From Macrostomum lignano (Eukaryota): a DNA stretch of 21,676 bases. The stretch's first letter is position 1, and every line of letters starts with the position of its first letter. The notes under the pieces were generated by a model, which made no database searches, was not told the DNA's origin, and was given only the letters and a program-made list of their open reading frames with translations. The position numbers and the translations under genes are program-made. Where the stretch lies: positions 1 to 21,676 of the forward strand of contig NIVC01003583.1 of assembly GCA_002269645.1 (NCBI GenBank), given 5' to 3'. Below, in pieces: positions 1 through 21,676 of the stretch.

Positions 1-358
1 CGAGTGTCGACTGGTGGTCAACACGCTGAAGACCGTCGTGCTCTGCGTGCCGGACGACATCGAGGCTGCAATTTTCTGCCGAGGCGCTGACGGACAGGCG
101 ACGAAGCTTCCGTGCTGTCAGTAGTTCGTCTAACCTCGGCGGTCTGGTGCCTGACGTTCGAGAGGACCCTACGACGTCGCCGTGGATTTGCCTGGCTACC
201 TTCCGTTCCGTGAGGGGGCAGGCGCGTACTCGGCGTTTCGTCGACTGCATGCCTGCTGCTGATGCCGGCGCCCCGGACACTACGTTCCTATACGTTCGCC
301 TACGTTCGCGCCCAGGCCTTGAAACGCGCCTTGTGACGTTGTCTGCTGACTGACTGAC
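1..358 (+). mobile_element. Degenerate 3' end of a non-LTR retrotransposon (RTE-like LINE), truncated by the window edge
   Basis: Frame 2 reads ECRLVVNTLKTVVLCVPDDIEAAIFCRGADGQATKLPCCQ*FV, then after a frameshift LGGLVPDVRED...ATFRSVR/GQARTRRFVDC...DAGAPD. This resembles the RT C-terminal 'L.IN..KTKV' and 'F.YLG' motifs. Stops and frameshifts are present. It ends in a short (CTGA)n tail (about 345-358) followed by an abrupt drop to AT-rich DNA. Confidence 0.7.
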
Positions 359-2105
359 AATGTATTTGGTTTTTGTTGTTGTTGCATGCGTGCAGAATAA
401 GTCAATTATGCGGGTTGGAGACATTTTTAGTGACCTTTTTGTACTAAACCTTTGCGAACTTTCCGTACCGTATTCAGTATCAACATTTCATTCTCGAAAT
501 TTCTATTTGAATAGCGCTTTCTATATTACACTTTAAGTAATTTAAATTCTAACATATCCCAAATTCTTAACCGAACTTTATTAAAGAACCAACCAAGGGC
601 TACAGTGGTCCTTGGAACCAACGCCTTTACGCCTCATTTATTTAAAACCGATAACATCGTTTATGGATGATGAATTAATTCACATAGTCGAAAAACATTA
701 TTAAAGCTTAAAATGCACTTTAAACAGACCAGTTTTAATGCTTAAAGATCATAATCATTTTCTTCTGTTCAAAAATTTAAAACACTTTAGTCTATTTCCT
801 TTTTATCATGTGCAATTTTGCTTTACTGTAAGTAACGTTAATAAAATGAAAATATTTTAATTTAAAGTTTTCCAAGAACCAATAATTGGGTTTAACGGTT
901 TAGGGAGACCGTTTAGGGTTAGTATAGTTTCAGTGGAATCATTTTTTACAATCGAACTTAGCCAAAGAATTAAGCTAGTTCAGTTCGAGAATTATGTTTC
1001 ACAAGAGCAACTAAGTCTGACTGTAATTAGGGTTGTGCGGAAAAATGTACACGAGCCTCTCGATCCAAAAGACACTAAGTTTTTGTCTATTTATATTTGT
1101 GTTTATTATCTTGCTGGCTTGCTTCTGACTTACCGAAACATTAAAAATGAATTTTTACAGATTTTTAAATTATTCAATGAAATAAATAGGAAAATGATGA
1201 TTTTCAAACAAGAAAAAGATCAATTTCTGTGTACCACCCACTCCCCTTGGACTTGGCTTTGTGAATGTCAACTAAAACTTGTAGCTTTTAGCAAGTTTGT
1301 ATTTTCCTCTATAAAGTAATGCTGGATAAGCAGATGTTGTTAAAATATTACCGTGTCTCTTAATTTATCCTTAAAACTAAATATGCTTGTAGTAAGTTTT
1401 GAATTTATTAAACAATCTTAATAGTCTTTTTATCTTCAGATTAATCTTTTCATAGGCCTATGATATCAATTTCAACTTGTACAAACTTTTACAATAGTGC
1501 TTCTTCATGATATTGTTATCTAAAAATTTCAATCTTAGTACATTGGATTAAATTGATTTTTATACACTTTTAATCCATTCTAGTTAGCTAAAAATATGAT
1601 TAAATATTAAAACTCAGATCAAGCAATTTTTTTATTTCCTTCCTATATACTAAAAATGAGTTGTGTGTCTCTGTGAGATAGATTTCAGAATAAATGGCTC
1701 AGCCGATTTTCTTCAAATTTGCACCATTTGATCAGAAATTTTCCTGGGACGGTACATGCATCTTGGCTAAAAAATTGCTCAATGTTAAAGGGATTAAATA
1801 TTTGAAAAACATGCTTTTTTGCAAAGGTCAAGCCAAATTTTTGACTTGAAATACATTGGAAGAATGCTAGAGAAAAAACTGACTGACTGAATACCGATTG
1901 TGACAAAGATTGCATCACAACAAGTTGAAAAACAGTGCCAAAGAAATGCACATACAACTTGATTAAAATTGCGTAACAATATTGCTAACTTAAATTGACA
2001 CTGATACTGGCTGGCCAAGAAATTGATTGTGTCATAACTTTTTACTCTAACTGATTTGCTATAAGAATTTAATTATAAGGGCCACAATTCATGTTCTCCA
2101 ATTGA

Positions 2106-2175
2106 CAAGAGATAGCATAGATGCAAACAGACTGGACTGCTAATGCAGCAACCTGGGTTCGAATCTTAGTAGTAC
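2106..2175 (+). pseudogene. tRNA-like segment (Ser GCT-like anticodon arm); tRNA pseudogene or SINE head
   Basis: Box A-like TAGCATAGATG, anticodon arm CTGGA-CTGCTAA-TGCAG (one mismatch) and T arm CTGGG-TTCGAAT-CTTAG (box B GGTTCGAATC). No acceptor stem, and the variable arm is too short for a real tRNA-Ser. Confidence 0.4.
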
Positions 2176-2221
2176 AAAATTTGTTTTAAAACACCTTAAA
2201 AACATGAAAAGCTAAACACAA

Positions 2222-2695
2222 AAAGCACAATGTCAAACATTATAGAGCCACCATGTCTAACATTAAAACGCCATTATGTGAAACATTAAAGAGCCACCAT
2301 GTCAAACATTAAAGAGCCACCATGTCAAACATTAAAGAGTTACCATGTCAAACATTAAAGAGTCACCATGTCAAACATTAAAGAGTCACCATGTCAAACA
2401 TTAAAGAGACACCATGTCAGACATTAAAAAAACCCTGAATCAAACATAAAAGAGCTAGCATGTAGAACATAAAAGAGCCACAATATCAACATAAAAGAGG
2501 CACCATGTCCAACATAAAAGAGCCACCATGTCAAACATTAAAGAGCCACAATGTCGAACATTAAAGAGCCACCATGTCAAACATAAAAGAGCCACTATGT
2601 CAAACATTAAAGAGACATCATGTCAGACATAAAAAAACCCCAAATCAAACATTAAAGAGCCACCATGTCAAACATTAAAGATACACAATTTCAAA
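2222..2695. repeat. 23-bp minisatellite (GAGCCACCATGTCAAACATTAAA), about 20 diverged copies
   Basis: Direct inspection; the unit recurs at 23-bp period with substitutions. Confidence 0.95.
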
Positions 2696-2774
2696 TGTAA
2701 AAGTACGCATGCCAATTTTAAAGGAGCCACTATATAGCTAAGGAAATTGTTGCACTAGCTACTTATTGTCTAAT

Positions 2775-3043
2775 GGATGCTTACTATTTGAGGATGCTTG
2801 CTATCTAGGGGATGCTTGCTTTTTGGGGATGCTTGCTATCTGGGGGATGCTTGCTATTTGGGGATGCTTGCTATCTGGGGAATACTTGCTATCTGGGGAT
2901 GCTTGCTATCTGAGGGATGCTTGCTATTTAGGGGATGCTTGCTATCTGGGGATGCTTGCTATCTGGGGGATGCTTGCAATGTGGGGGATGCTTGCTATCT
3001 GGGGGATGCTTGCTATCTGGGGGGTGCTTGCTGTCTTGGGATG
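2775..3043. repeat. 17-19-bp minisatellite (GGGGGATGCTTGCTATCT), about 15 copies
   Basis: Direct inspection; explains ORFs 2766..3044 and 2798..3184. Confidence 0.95.
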
Positions 3044-3490
3044 ATTTCTTTTTGCATTGCACTTTATTTGAGCAGTTTGTCTGTTGTCTTTGTGAAGGCT
3101 TTATTTGACTGTCTTTTTGTTACTTGTAGAGAACAGAGATTCTATCCAGATGTCCCCCAACGGGGGGCAAAGATTGCTAGTTAAAGCTATAAAGCTAAAA
3201 TGTATAATATGGAAATATTACATTTTTTGATATCATTAAACAGATACAGTGTTGGATACACTAAAGCTAGAGAAAAAGCAGAACAATTTTTATTAGCAAG
3301 TCAAATAAAATTTAATTTTAGGCTATATTATTTAAGCTAATTATTTCTAGAATGTTTATATTAATTGTTGTATAGCATGCTACAAGTTATATAAAAATTA
3401 TGAAATTAGTATTTTTGCAATCTATATAAAAATACTTTTTCTTTTAAAAACCATTTTAGCCAAGCCATCTAGCATAGCTAGCTATAAACT

Positions 3491-14522
<11,032 letters not shown>

Positions 14523-14743
14523 ATTTGATCGCTGATTTATTGACTGATTCTTTTAGTAGAAGAAGAATACGAAAATATGCCAGTCTAGCTTGTGTTTTCA
14601 GACCGCGCAGGTTGCGGCCTGTGTTTGCACCGGCAGTTTGAAAACCTTCTTTTGCCAATTCTTTGGACTATTTTGATCCATCTAATTCACCTAATAATCC
14701 GTGAAAGCTTGTAACATGCAGCTTCATTTTATTTGAATGTAGC

Positions 14744-15743
14744 TCTGTCTCTCGTGTCTCTCTTGTGCCTCTCTCGTGTCTCTCGTGTCTCTCTTGTGCC
14801 TCTCTCGTGTCTCTCGTGTCTCTCTCGTGCCTCTCTCGTGTCTCTCGTGTCTCTCTTGTGCCTCTCTCGTGTCCCTCGTGTCTCTCCTGTCTCGTGTCTC
14901 TCGCGTCTCTCGTATCTCTCGTGCCCCTCTCGTGTCTCTCTTGTGCCTCTCTCGTGTCTCTCGTGTCTCTCTCGTGCCTCTCTCGTGTCTCTCGTGTCTC
15001 TCTTGTGCCTCTCTCGTGTCTCTCGTGTCTCTCTCGTGCCTCTCTCGTGTCTCTCGTGTCTCTCTTGTGCCTCTCTCGTGTCCCTCGTGTCTCTCCTGTC
15101 TCGTGTCTCTCGCGTCTCTCGTATCTCTCGTGCCCCTCTCGTGTCTCTCTTGTGCCTCTCTCGTGTCTCTCGTGTCTCTCTCGTGCCTCTCTCGTGTCTC
15201 TCGTGTCTCTCTTGTGCCTCTCTCGTGTCTCTCGTGTCTCTCTCGTGCCTCTCTCGTGTCTCTCGTGTCTCTCTCGTGCCTCTCTCGTGTCTCTCGTGTC
15301 TCTCTTGTGCCTCTCTCGTGTCTCTCGTGTCTCTCTCGTGCCTCTCTCGTGTCTCTCGTGTCTCTCTTGTGCCTCTCTCGTGTCCCTCGTGTCTCTCCTG
15401 TCTCGTGTCTCTCGCGTCTCTCGTATCTCTCGTGCCCCTCTCGTGTCTCTCGTATCTCTCCTGTCTCGCTCGTGTCTCTCGTGTCTCTCTTGTGCCTCTC
15501 TCGTGTCTCTCATATCTCTCGTGTCTCTCGTGTCTCTCGTATCTCTCGTGTCTCTCGTATCTCTCGTATCTCTCTCGTGTCTTTCTAGTGTCTCTCGTAT
15601 CTCTCGTGTCTCTCGTGTCTCTCGTGTCTCTCGTATCTCTCGTATCTCTCTCGTGTCTCTCTAGTGTCTCTCGTATCTCTCGTGTCTCTCGTATCTCTTG
15701 TGTCTCTCGTATCTCTCGTATCTCTCGTGTCTCTTGTGCCTCT
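14744..15743. repeat. Compound (TCTCTCGTG)-type 9/11-bp pyrimidine-rich satellite with longer duplicated blocks
   Basis: Direct inspection; the marker block GTCCCTCGTGTCTCTCCTGTCTCG recurs near 14871, 15080 and 15382; explains ORFs 14668..15842. Confidence 0.97.
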
Positions 15744-16222
15744 GCTGTCTTTGGTTGTCTTTGGTATCCAGTGATGTCTGCTCAAAATTCGCACCTGATC
15801 TGTGTATTTATACGTAGCTTTTTATTTCAATTTACTAATTAATGTCCACACAGTCATATCATATAATCAATGCGGATATAAGTATCAGGCAAAAGTTGAT
15901 TTGTGGTCTTGAACAGTTGTTAAAATTATTTTATGCTAATAGTTATTGGTTAGATAGTGTACAAACTCTATCTACTAGTTCCTGTTTGTAGTTAACTGTG
16001 TTTTCTTTGCTTAGCATAATTGAAATAACATTCAATTCCTTCTATTAACTGCACTTCTCGCTTTCTCGAATCTAAATTCAAGTTTTTTGTTCAATCAATA
16101 ATGCATTTTTGAGTGTACTTTCTTTTTTACTAATCATATTTATTAAGCTATGCACTTTTACACGTGCCGGGGGCATTTTTAAAGGAATCTCTTTAATCTG
16201 TATTTGGTATTCACGTAATTAT

Positions 16223-17310
16223 TACAATCCATTGGGCAGGGGGTAGCTGGGTATCTACAATTCATAGAGCAGGGGGTAGCTGGGTATCTACAATCCATAG
16301 AGCAGGGGTAGCTGGGTATCTACAATCCATAGGGCAGTGGGTAGCTGGGTATCTACAATCCATTAGCTGGGTATCTACAATCCATAGAGCAGTGGTTAGC
16401 TGGGTAGCTACAATCCATAGAGCAGGGGTAGCTGGGTAGCTACAATCCATAGAGCAGGGGTAGCTGGATATCTACAATCCATAGGGCAGGGGGTAGCTGG
16501 GTATCTACAATCCATAGAGCAGGGGTAGCTGGGTATCTACAATCCATAGGGCAGTGGGTAGCTGGGTATCTACAATCCATTAGCTGGGTATCTACAATCC
16601 ATAGAGCAGTGGTTAGCTGGGTAGCTACAATCCATAGAGCAGGGGGTAGCTGGGTAGCTACAATCCATAGAGCAGGGGGTAGCTGGATATCTACAATCCA
16701 TAGGGCAGGGGGTAGCTGGGTATCTACAATCCATTAGCTGGGTATCTACAATCCATAGAGCAGTGGTTAGCTGGGTAGCTACAATCCATAGAGCAGGGGG
16801 TAGCTGGGTAGCTACAATCCATAGAGCAGGGGGTAGCTGGATATCTACAATCCATAGGGCAGGGGGTAGCTGGGTATCTACAATCCATAGAGCAGGGGGT
16901 TGCTGGGTATCTACAATCCATAGAGCAGGGGGTAGCTGGGTAGCTACAATCCATAGAGCAGGGGGTAGCTGGGTAGCTACAATCCATAGAGCAGGGGGTA
17001 GCTGGGTATCTACAATCCATAGAGCAGGGGGTAGCTGGGTAGCTACAATCCATAGAGCAGGGGGTAGCTGGGTATCTACAATCCATAGAGCAGGGGGTAG
17101 CTGGGTATCTACAATCCATAGAGCAGGGGGTAGCTGGGTAGCTACAATCCATAGAGCAGGGGGTAGCTGGGTATCTACAATCCATAGAGCAGTGGTTAGC
17201 TGGGTAGCTACAATCCATAGAGCAGGGGGTAGCTGGGTAGCTACAATCCATAGAGCAGGGGGTAGCTGGGTATCTACAATCCATAGAGCAGGGGGTAGCT
17301 GGGTATCTAC
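16223..17310. repeat. 33-bp minisatellite (ATCCATAGAGCAGGGGGTAGCTGGGTATCTACA) with 22-bp deletion variants
   Basis: Direct inspection; explains the 11-aa-periodic ORFs 16262..17374. Confidence 0.98.
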
Positions 17311-17378
17311 CAACAAGGATCGCGGCAGACCCCTTCGTATTTTTCTATTTTTTCTTAGTTTGTATTTTCTCTAAAAGA

Positions 17379-17663
17379 GGGTTGTACCTAGTGGTAAGCT
17401 AGCATCGAAATCACGACTTGAAAGTCGGGGGTTCGATTCTCGACGAAGTCGGAACAATTTGTGTCCTTGAGCAAGACACTTAACTCTGTAAAAATGGGTG
17501 CCAGCATTAGCTGGGGTAACTAAGGGTATGTGTGGCGACCCCCCAGTCCTTGGACTGAACAGCCGTACGCAGCCTTCAGATGCGCCGCGCAATGGCTGCG
17601 GTTGAGCTGTCGGTTGCACATCTGCCCGTTAGGCCAGGTGTAATAAAAAATAATAATTATTAT
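17379..17663 (+). mobile_element. tRNA-derived CORE-type SINE, copy 1 (has the head; deletion inside the CORE)
   Basis: Box A TAGTGGTAAG, box B GGTTCGATTC (17430-17439), CORE-like GTGTCCTTGAGCAAGACACTTAACTC/TGTAAAAATGGG, 3' region shared with 19829-20045, A/T-rich tail. Confidence 0.8.
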
Positions 17664-18197
17664 TTTGTCCAAACTTGTTACAGATTTGCATTAAAGGTGT
17701 CTACAAAAATCTACCTCATTTTGACGCGGCGGAATCTTCAATCATTTAATCTGTTCGAATTTTCTGTAGTAGTTCATATTTATTCATTAAACTTTTTGCT
17801 TTTTGAGTCGCATTTTGCACCAAAGTTTCTGCACTGCGCTGTATGTCTGCAATCATCGGGCAATCATATCTCATCATTTTTATCAGAGAAAAATTCACAA
17901 TTTAAAATTAGTTGCTTTAGCATAAAAATGCAACCTTTTTTTCTTTTTTTTCACGAACGTTTTTCACGTGCATATTTTATCATCCTTTCTACTTGCAGTA
18001 GCTTGAAAGTGAATGTTGAACAAATTCTAGATTTTTTAATTCCTCGTTTTTTATTCATGTTCAATGTTGAATGAGAATATATTGTGCACTGTGTTTAGGA
18101 TTATAGCACTGTTTGTGCTTAGTGACTCCGTTGGTTCGATCCATAATCCTTTGAGATGTTCTCTTGCTTCACGTTATTTACTCGCGCTTCAGGCATG

Positions 18198-19001
18198 CCA
18201 GATCCTCAGTTGCTTGGCCAGCCTCCCAGATCCTCAGTTGCTAGACCAGGTTCCCAGATCCCCAGTTGCTGCGCCAGCCTCCAGAGTGTCAGTTGCTGGG
18301 CCAGCCTCCCAGAGCGTCAGTTGCTGGGCCACAGCCTCCAGATCCTCAGTTCCTGGTCCAGCCTCCCAGATCCCCAGTTGCTGGGCCAGCCTCCCAGATC
18401 CTCAGTTGCTGGGCCAGCCTCCCAGATCCCCAGTTGCTGGGCCAGCCTCCCAGATCCTCATTTGCTGGGCCAGCCTCCCAGATCCTCAGTTGCTGGGCCA
18501 TCCTCCAGATACTCAGTTGCTGGGCCAGCCTCCCAAATCCTCAGTTGCTGGGCCAGCCTCCCAGATCCTCAGTTGCTGGGCCACAGCCTCCCAGATCCTC
18601 AGTTGCTGGGCCAGCCTCCCAGATCCTCAGTTGCTGGGCCAGCCTCCCAGATCCTCAGTTGCTGGGCCATCCTCCCAGATACTCAGTTGCTGGGCCAGCC
18701 TCCCAAATCCTCAGTTGCTGGGCCAGCCTCCCAGATCCTCAGTTGCTGGGCCACAGCCTCCCAGATCCTCAGTTGCTGGGCCAGCCTCCCAGATCCTCAG
18801 TTGCTGGGCCAGCCTCCCAGATCCTCAGTTGCTGGGTCAGCCTTCAGATCCTCAGTTGCTGGGCCAGCCTCCCAGATCCTCAGTTGCTGGGCCAGCCTCC
18901 CAGATCCTCAGTTGCTGGGCCAGCCTCCCAGATCCTCAGTTGCTGGGCCAGCCTCCCAGATCCTCAGTTGCTGGGCCAGCCTCCCAGATCCTCAGTTGCT
19001 G
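18198..19001. repeat. 28-bp minisatellite (CCAGATCCTCAGTTGCTGGGCCAGCCTC), about 28 copies
   Basis: Direct inspection; 30-bp CA-insertion variants; explains ORFs 18064..19078. Confidence 0.98.
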
Positions 19002-19828
19002 ATCCGCCACCAGCCTCCCATTCGGAGTACAGGCTGCCGATTCTGAATAATAGGGGAGAAATGTTTATCAGGCATTAGTATCGAGTAAGATTTTATCAGT
19101 GAGTTTGCTATTTGCTTGATATCTACATGTATTATCACTGTGACCTAGTTTTCTGCACCCCAAAAAAAGAGAAAAAAGGTTTATTATATTTATTGCATTA
19201 GCTCTATGACTGTGTAATTTCTACAGTAGCACTCGCAGTAATTGGGTTGCTCAGAGAGGCGGTACATTCAGGCACAGAGCGCAGACTGAAATGCAGCAGT
19301 GGATTTACACTGCGCATCTGCGTGTTTTTAGTAGTACGAGGTTAGAATTTGATCATGCCGTTAGATAACAGTTCGTCACCTGTGTGAACCTGGTTCTCTC
19401 TATCTTATCAGCTGCATGTGTGGATCGGAGTTTGAACACACACACCTTTGACACTGCGTCTCGGGTTAACAAAAAGAGGTTCTTGAATGAGATTTTTTTC
19501 TATATAAAGCTGGCCTCTAGGAGCAGAAAAAAAACATTTGCAGAAATGATTTTTAATAGGTTTAACCATTGCGATTAGTTCTGCATCTGGTCTGCTTTGA
19601 TCGCTGAGTTTCCGGTGAGTTGAGTCATCTGAGAAAGCTGGCTGATATATTGAAATAGTCGATTTTTATTTACTTTATTATTATCAAAGACAATCAGCTG
19701 ATAATATTCTTCCAGCCTACTCATAGTAGAATCTGCTGGAATGTCGCTCTTTGCTAATAAAATTTATTATAATATTAATATCGCGATTGATTGAATCTGA
19801 GCAGATGGAAAAAGTGTTTTCAATTCAA

Positions 19829-20045
19829 GAACAATTAGTGTCCTTGAGCAAGACACTTCACTCTGCATTGCTTCAGTTTCACCCGGCTGTAAAATGGGTG
19901 CCAGCATTAGCTGGGGTGATTGAGGGTGTGTGTCCTTGAACTGAACAGCCGTACGCAGCCTTCAGGTGCGCCGGGCAATAGCTGCGACTGAGCTGTCGGC
20001 TGCACATCTGCCCGTTAGGCCAGGTGTAATGGGTTATTATTAATA
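19829..20045 (+). mobile_element. CORE-type SINE, copy 2 (5'-truncated, intact CORE)
   Basis: GTGTCCTTGAGCAAGACACTTCACTCTGCATTGCTTCAGTTTCACCCGGCTGTAAAATGGG resembles the MIR CORE (GTGACCTTGGGCAAGTTACTTAACCTCTCTG.GCCTCAGTTTCCTCATCTGTAAAATGGG); the downstream 150 bp aligns with copy 1. Confidence 0.8.
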
Positions 20046-20108
20046 GCTCGTAAAATCAAAGTTATACATTTAAAGAAAGAGTCAGTACAGCTTCTAGGGG
20101 TCCATGCT

Positions 20109-20170
20109 TAAACCCTAACTTCAACCCTAAACCTAAACATAGTCCTAGCCCTAACCCTAACCTTAGACCC
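20109..20170. repeat. Short degenerate (CCCTAA)n telomere-like tract
   Basis: AACCCTAACTTCAACCCTAAACCTAAACATAGTCCTAGCCCTAACCCTAACCTTAG: about 10 hexamer-period units, few perfect. Confidence 0.6.
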
Positions 20171-20591
20171 GGCTCATCTCTGAGGATGGGCTGACAGGCT
20201 GCGTACGTACTATATTCAATCATTCCACTGCTCGCGCTAATCAATAATTCTATCTGCAGCCTCCCCAAGCGCCTGCTCATCAAAATTTGAAGACAAACAG
20301 GACAAAAAAGTTATGAAAAAAATTGTGAGCCTTTAGTTCTAGCCGCTATTCAAATCAGCAGCTGATGGATGAGGACGAAATTGCAGTCAGAAAATTTACA
20401 GCAACAAACTGCGCGCTGAGGAGGCTGCGGGCTCCGCGTTGGAGTTGTCCCTTCCCCAAAAGTTTTACGATGTTAGAAACAACAGAAAAAATGAGAGACT
20501 GGCAAAAATTAAATTGAATTTTTTTAGCTCTAAAGTTTTTATACGAAAGGGCTTAGTTAAAAATTGAAGCATCATTTCTTAGATTTGAAGT

Positions 20592-21676
20592 GCCACTTGT
20601 TAGACAGAGAGAGCCACTTGTTAGACAGAGAGAGCCACTTGTTAGACAGAGAGAGCCACTTGTTAGACAGAGAGAGCCACTTGTTAGACAGAGAGAGCCA
20701 CTTGTTAGACAGAGAGAGCCACTTGTTAGACAGAGAGAGCCACTTGTTAGACAGAGAGAGCCACTTGTTAGACAGAGAGAGCCACTTGTTAGACAGAGAG
20801 AGCCACTTGTTAGACAGAGAGAGCCACTTGTTAGACAGAGAGAGCCACTTGTTAGACAGAGAGAGCCACTTGTTAGACAGAGAGAGAGAGAGAGAGCCAC
20901 TTGTTAGACAGAGAGAGAGAGAGAGAGCCACTTGTTAGACAGAGAGAGCCACTTGTTAGACAGAGAGAGAGAGAGAGCCACTTGTTAGACAGAGAGAGAG
21001 AGAGAGCCACTTGTTAGACAGAGAGAGCCACTTGTTAGACAGAGAGAGAGAGAGAGCCACTTGTTAGACAGAGAGAGCCACTTGTTAGACAGAGAGAGCC
21101 ACTTGTTAGACAGAGAGAGCCACTTGTTAGACAGAGAGAGCCACTTGTTAGACAGAGAGAGAGAGAGAGCCACTTGTTAGACAGAGAGAGAGAGAGAGCC
21201 ACTTGTTAGACAGAGAGAGCCACTTGTTAGACAGAGAGAGCCACTTGTTAGACAGAGAGAGCCACTTGTTAGACAGAGAGAGCCACTTGTTAGACAGAGA
21301 GCCACGTTAGACAGAGAGAGCCACTTGTTAGACAGAGAGAGAGAGCAGAGAGCCACTTGTTAGACAGAGAGAGAGAGAGCCACTTGTTAACAGAGAGAGC
21401 CACTTGTTAGACAGAGAGAGAGAGAGAGCCACTTGTTAGACAGAGAGAGAGGAGAGAAGCCACTTGTTAGACAGAGAGAGCCACTTGTTAGACAGAGAGA
21501 GAGAGAGAGAGCCACTTGTTAGACAGAGAGAGCCACTTGTTAGACAGAGAGAGCCACTTGTTAGACAGAGAGAGAGAGAGAGAGAGCCACTTGTTAGACA
21601 GAGAGAGAGAGAGAGGCACTTGTTAGACAGAGAGAGCCACTTGTTAGACAGAGAGAGCCACTTGGTTAGACAGAGA
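20592..21676. repeat. 21-bp minisatellite (GCCACTTGTTAGACA+(GA)n) running off the window end
   Basis: Direct inspection; explains ORFs 20553..21173. Confidence 0.98.

Larger units (their letters stand above)
1641..3180 (+). mobile_element. Probable non-autonomous Helitron (about 1.54 kb) containing two tandem arrays
   Basis: 5' end TCCTATATACTAAAAATGAGTTGTGTGTCTCTGT, followed by GGCTCAGCCGATTTTCTTCAAATTTG, resembles animal Helitron 5' motifs (from memory). 3' end has a GC-rich hairpin TGTCCCCC-AAC-GGGGGGCA (3151-3169), 7 nt, then CTAG (3177-3180) followed by T. The 5' flank is T rather than the canonical A. No TSD is evident, as expected for Helitrons. Confidence 0.6.

Noticed and set aside
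933-1319. 128-aa AT-rich ORF (similarly 17580..18074 and 1685..2018)
   Set aside because: Non-ATG or weak starts, intergenic-like composition, no recognisable domain; 17580..18074 starts inside the SINE.
1879-1890. (CTGA)3 identical to the RTE tail
   Set aside because: Too short, and upstream sequence does not match the RTE 3' end.
15945-15980. TAGATAG/CTATCTA hairpin followed by CTAGT as a second Helitron 3' end
   Set aside because: AT-rich stem, no spacer before CTAG and no matching 5' end found.
18064-19078. Three overlapping + strand ORFs of 270-312 aa with a 28-aa period
   Set aside because: A stop-free 28-bp unit cycles through all three frames, so all stay open automatically; 30-bp variants shift frames freely, showing no frame constraint.

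Overview
Eukaryotic (metazoan) genomic DNA, not prokaryotic. The window holds one complete six-exon protein-coding gene on the + strand, an MTSS1/MIM-family I-BAR (IMD) protein: join(3491..3648,4477..4550,4638..4722,9864..10474,12885..13075,13449..14522), 2193 nt, 730 aa, with all five donors reading GTGAGT and consistent phases. Most of this gene is missed by the ORF track, and most listed ORFs are repeat artefacts or shadow frames. Roughly 45% of the window is made of about 13 unrelated micro/minisatellite arrays. Mobile-element remnants are: a degenerate RTE-like LINE 3' end (1-358), a probable non-autonomous Helitron carrying two arrays and a tRNA-like segment (1641-3180), a TSD-flanked fold-back Penelope-like insertion with two inverted minimal hammerhead ribozymes (4960-5284), a MITE-like inverted repeat (intron 5) and two copies of a CORE-type SINE. 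The most interesting leads are the self-antisense hammerhead fold-back in intron 3, an intron-4 minisatellite that is effectively a natural TOPflash array (16 CTTTGATC sites) next to an AP-1-site-bearing array, and an MIM protein with a Gly insertion at the basic tip and no clear WH2 domain. The style resembles a macrostomid flatworm genome, but that is an unverified inference. No databases were searched; family assignments rest on remembered motifs.
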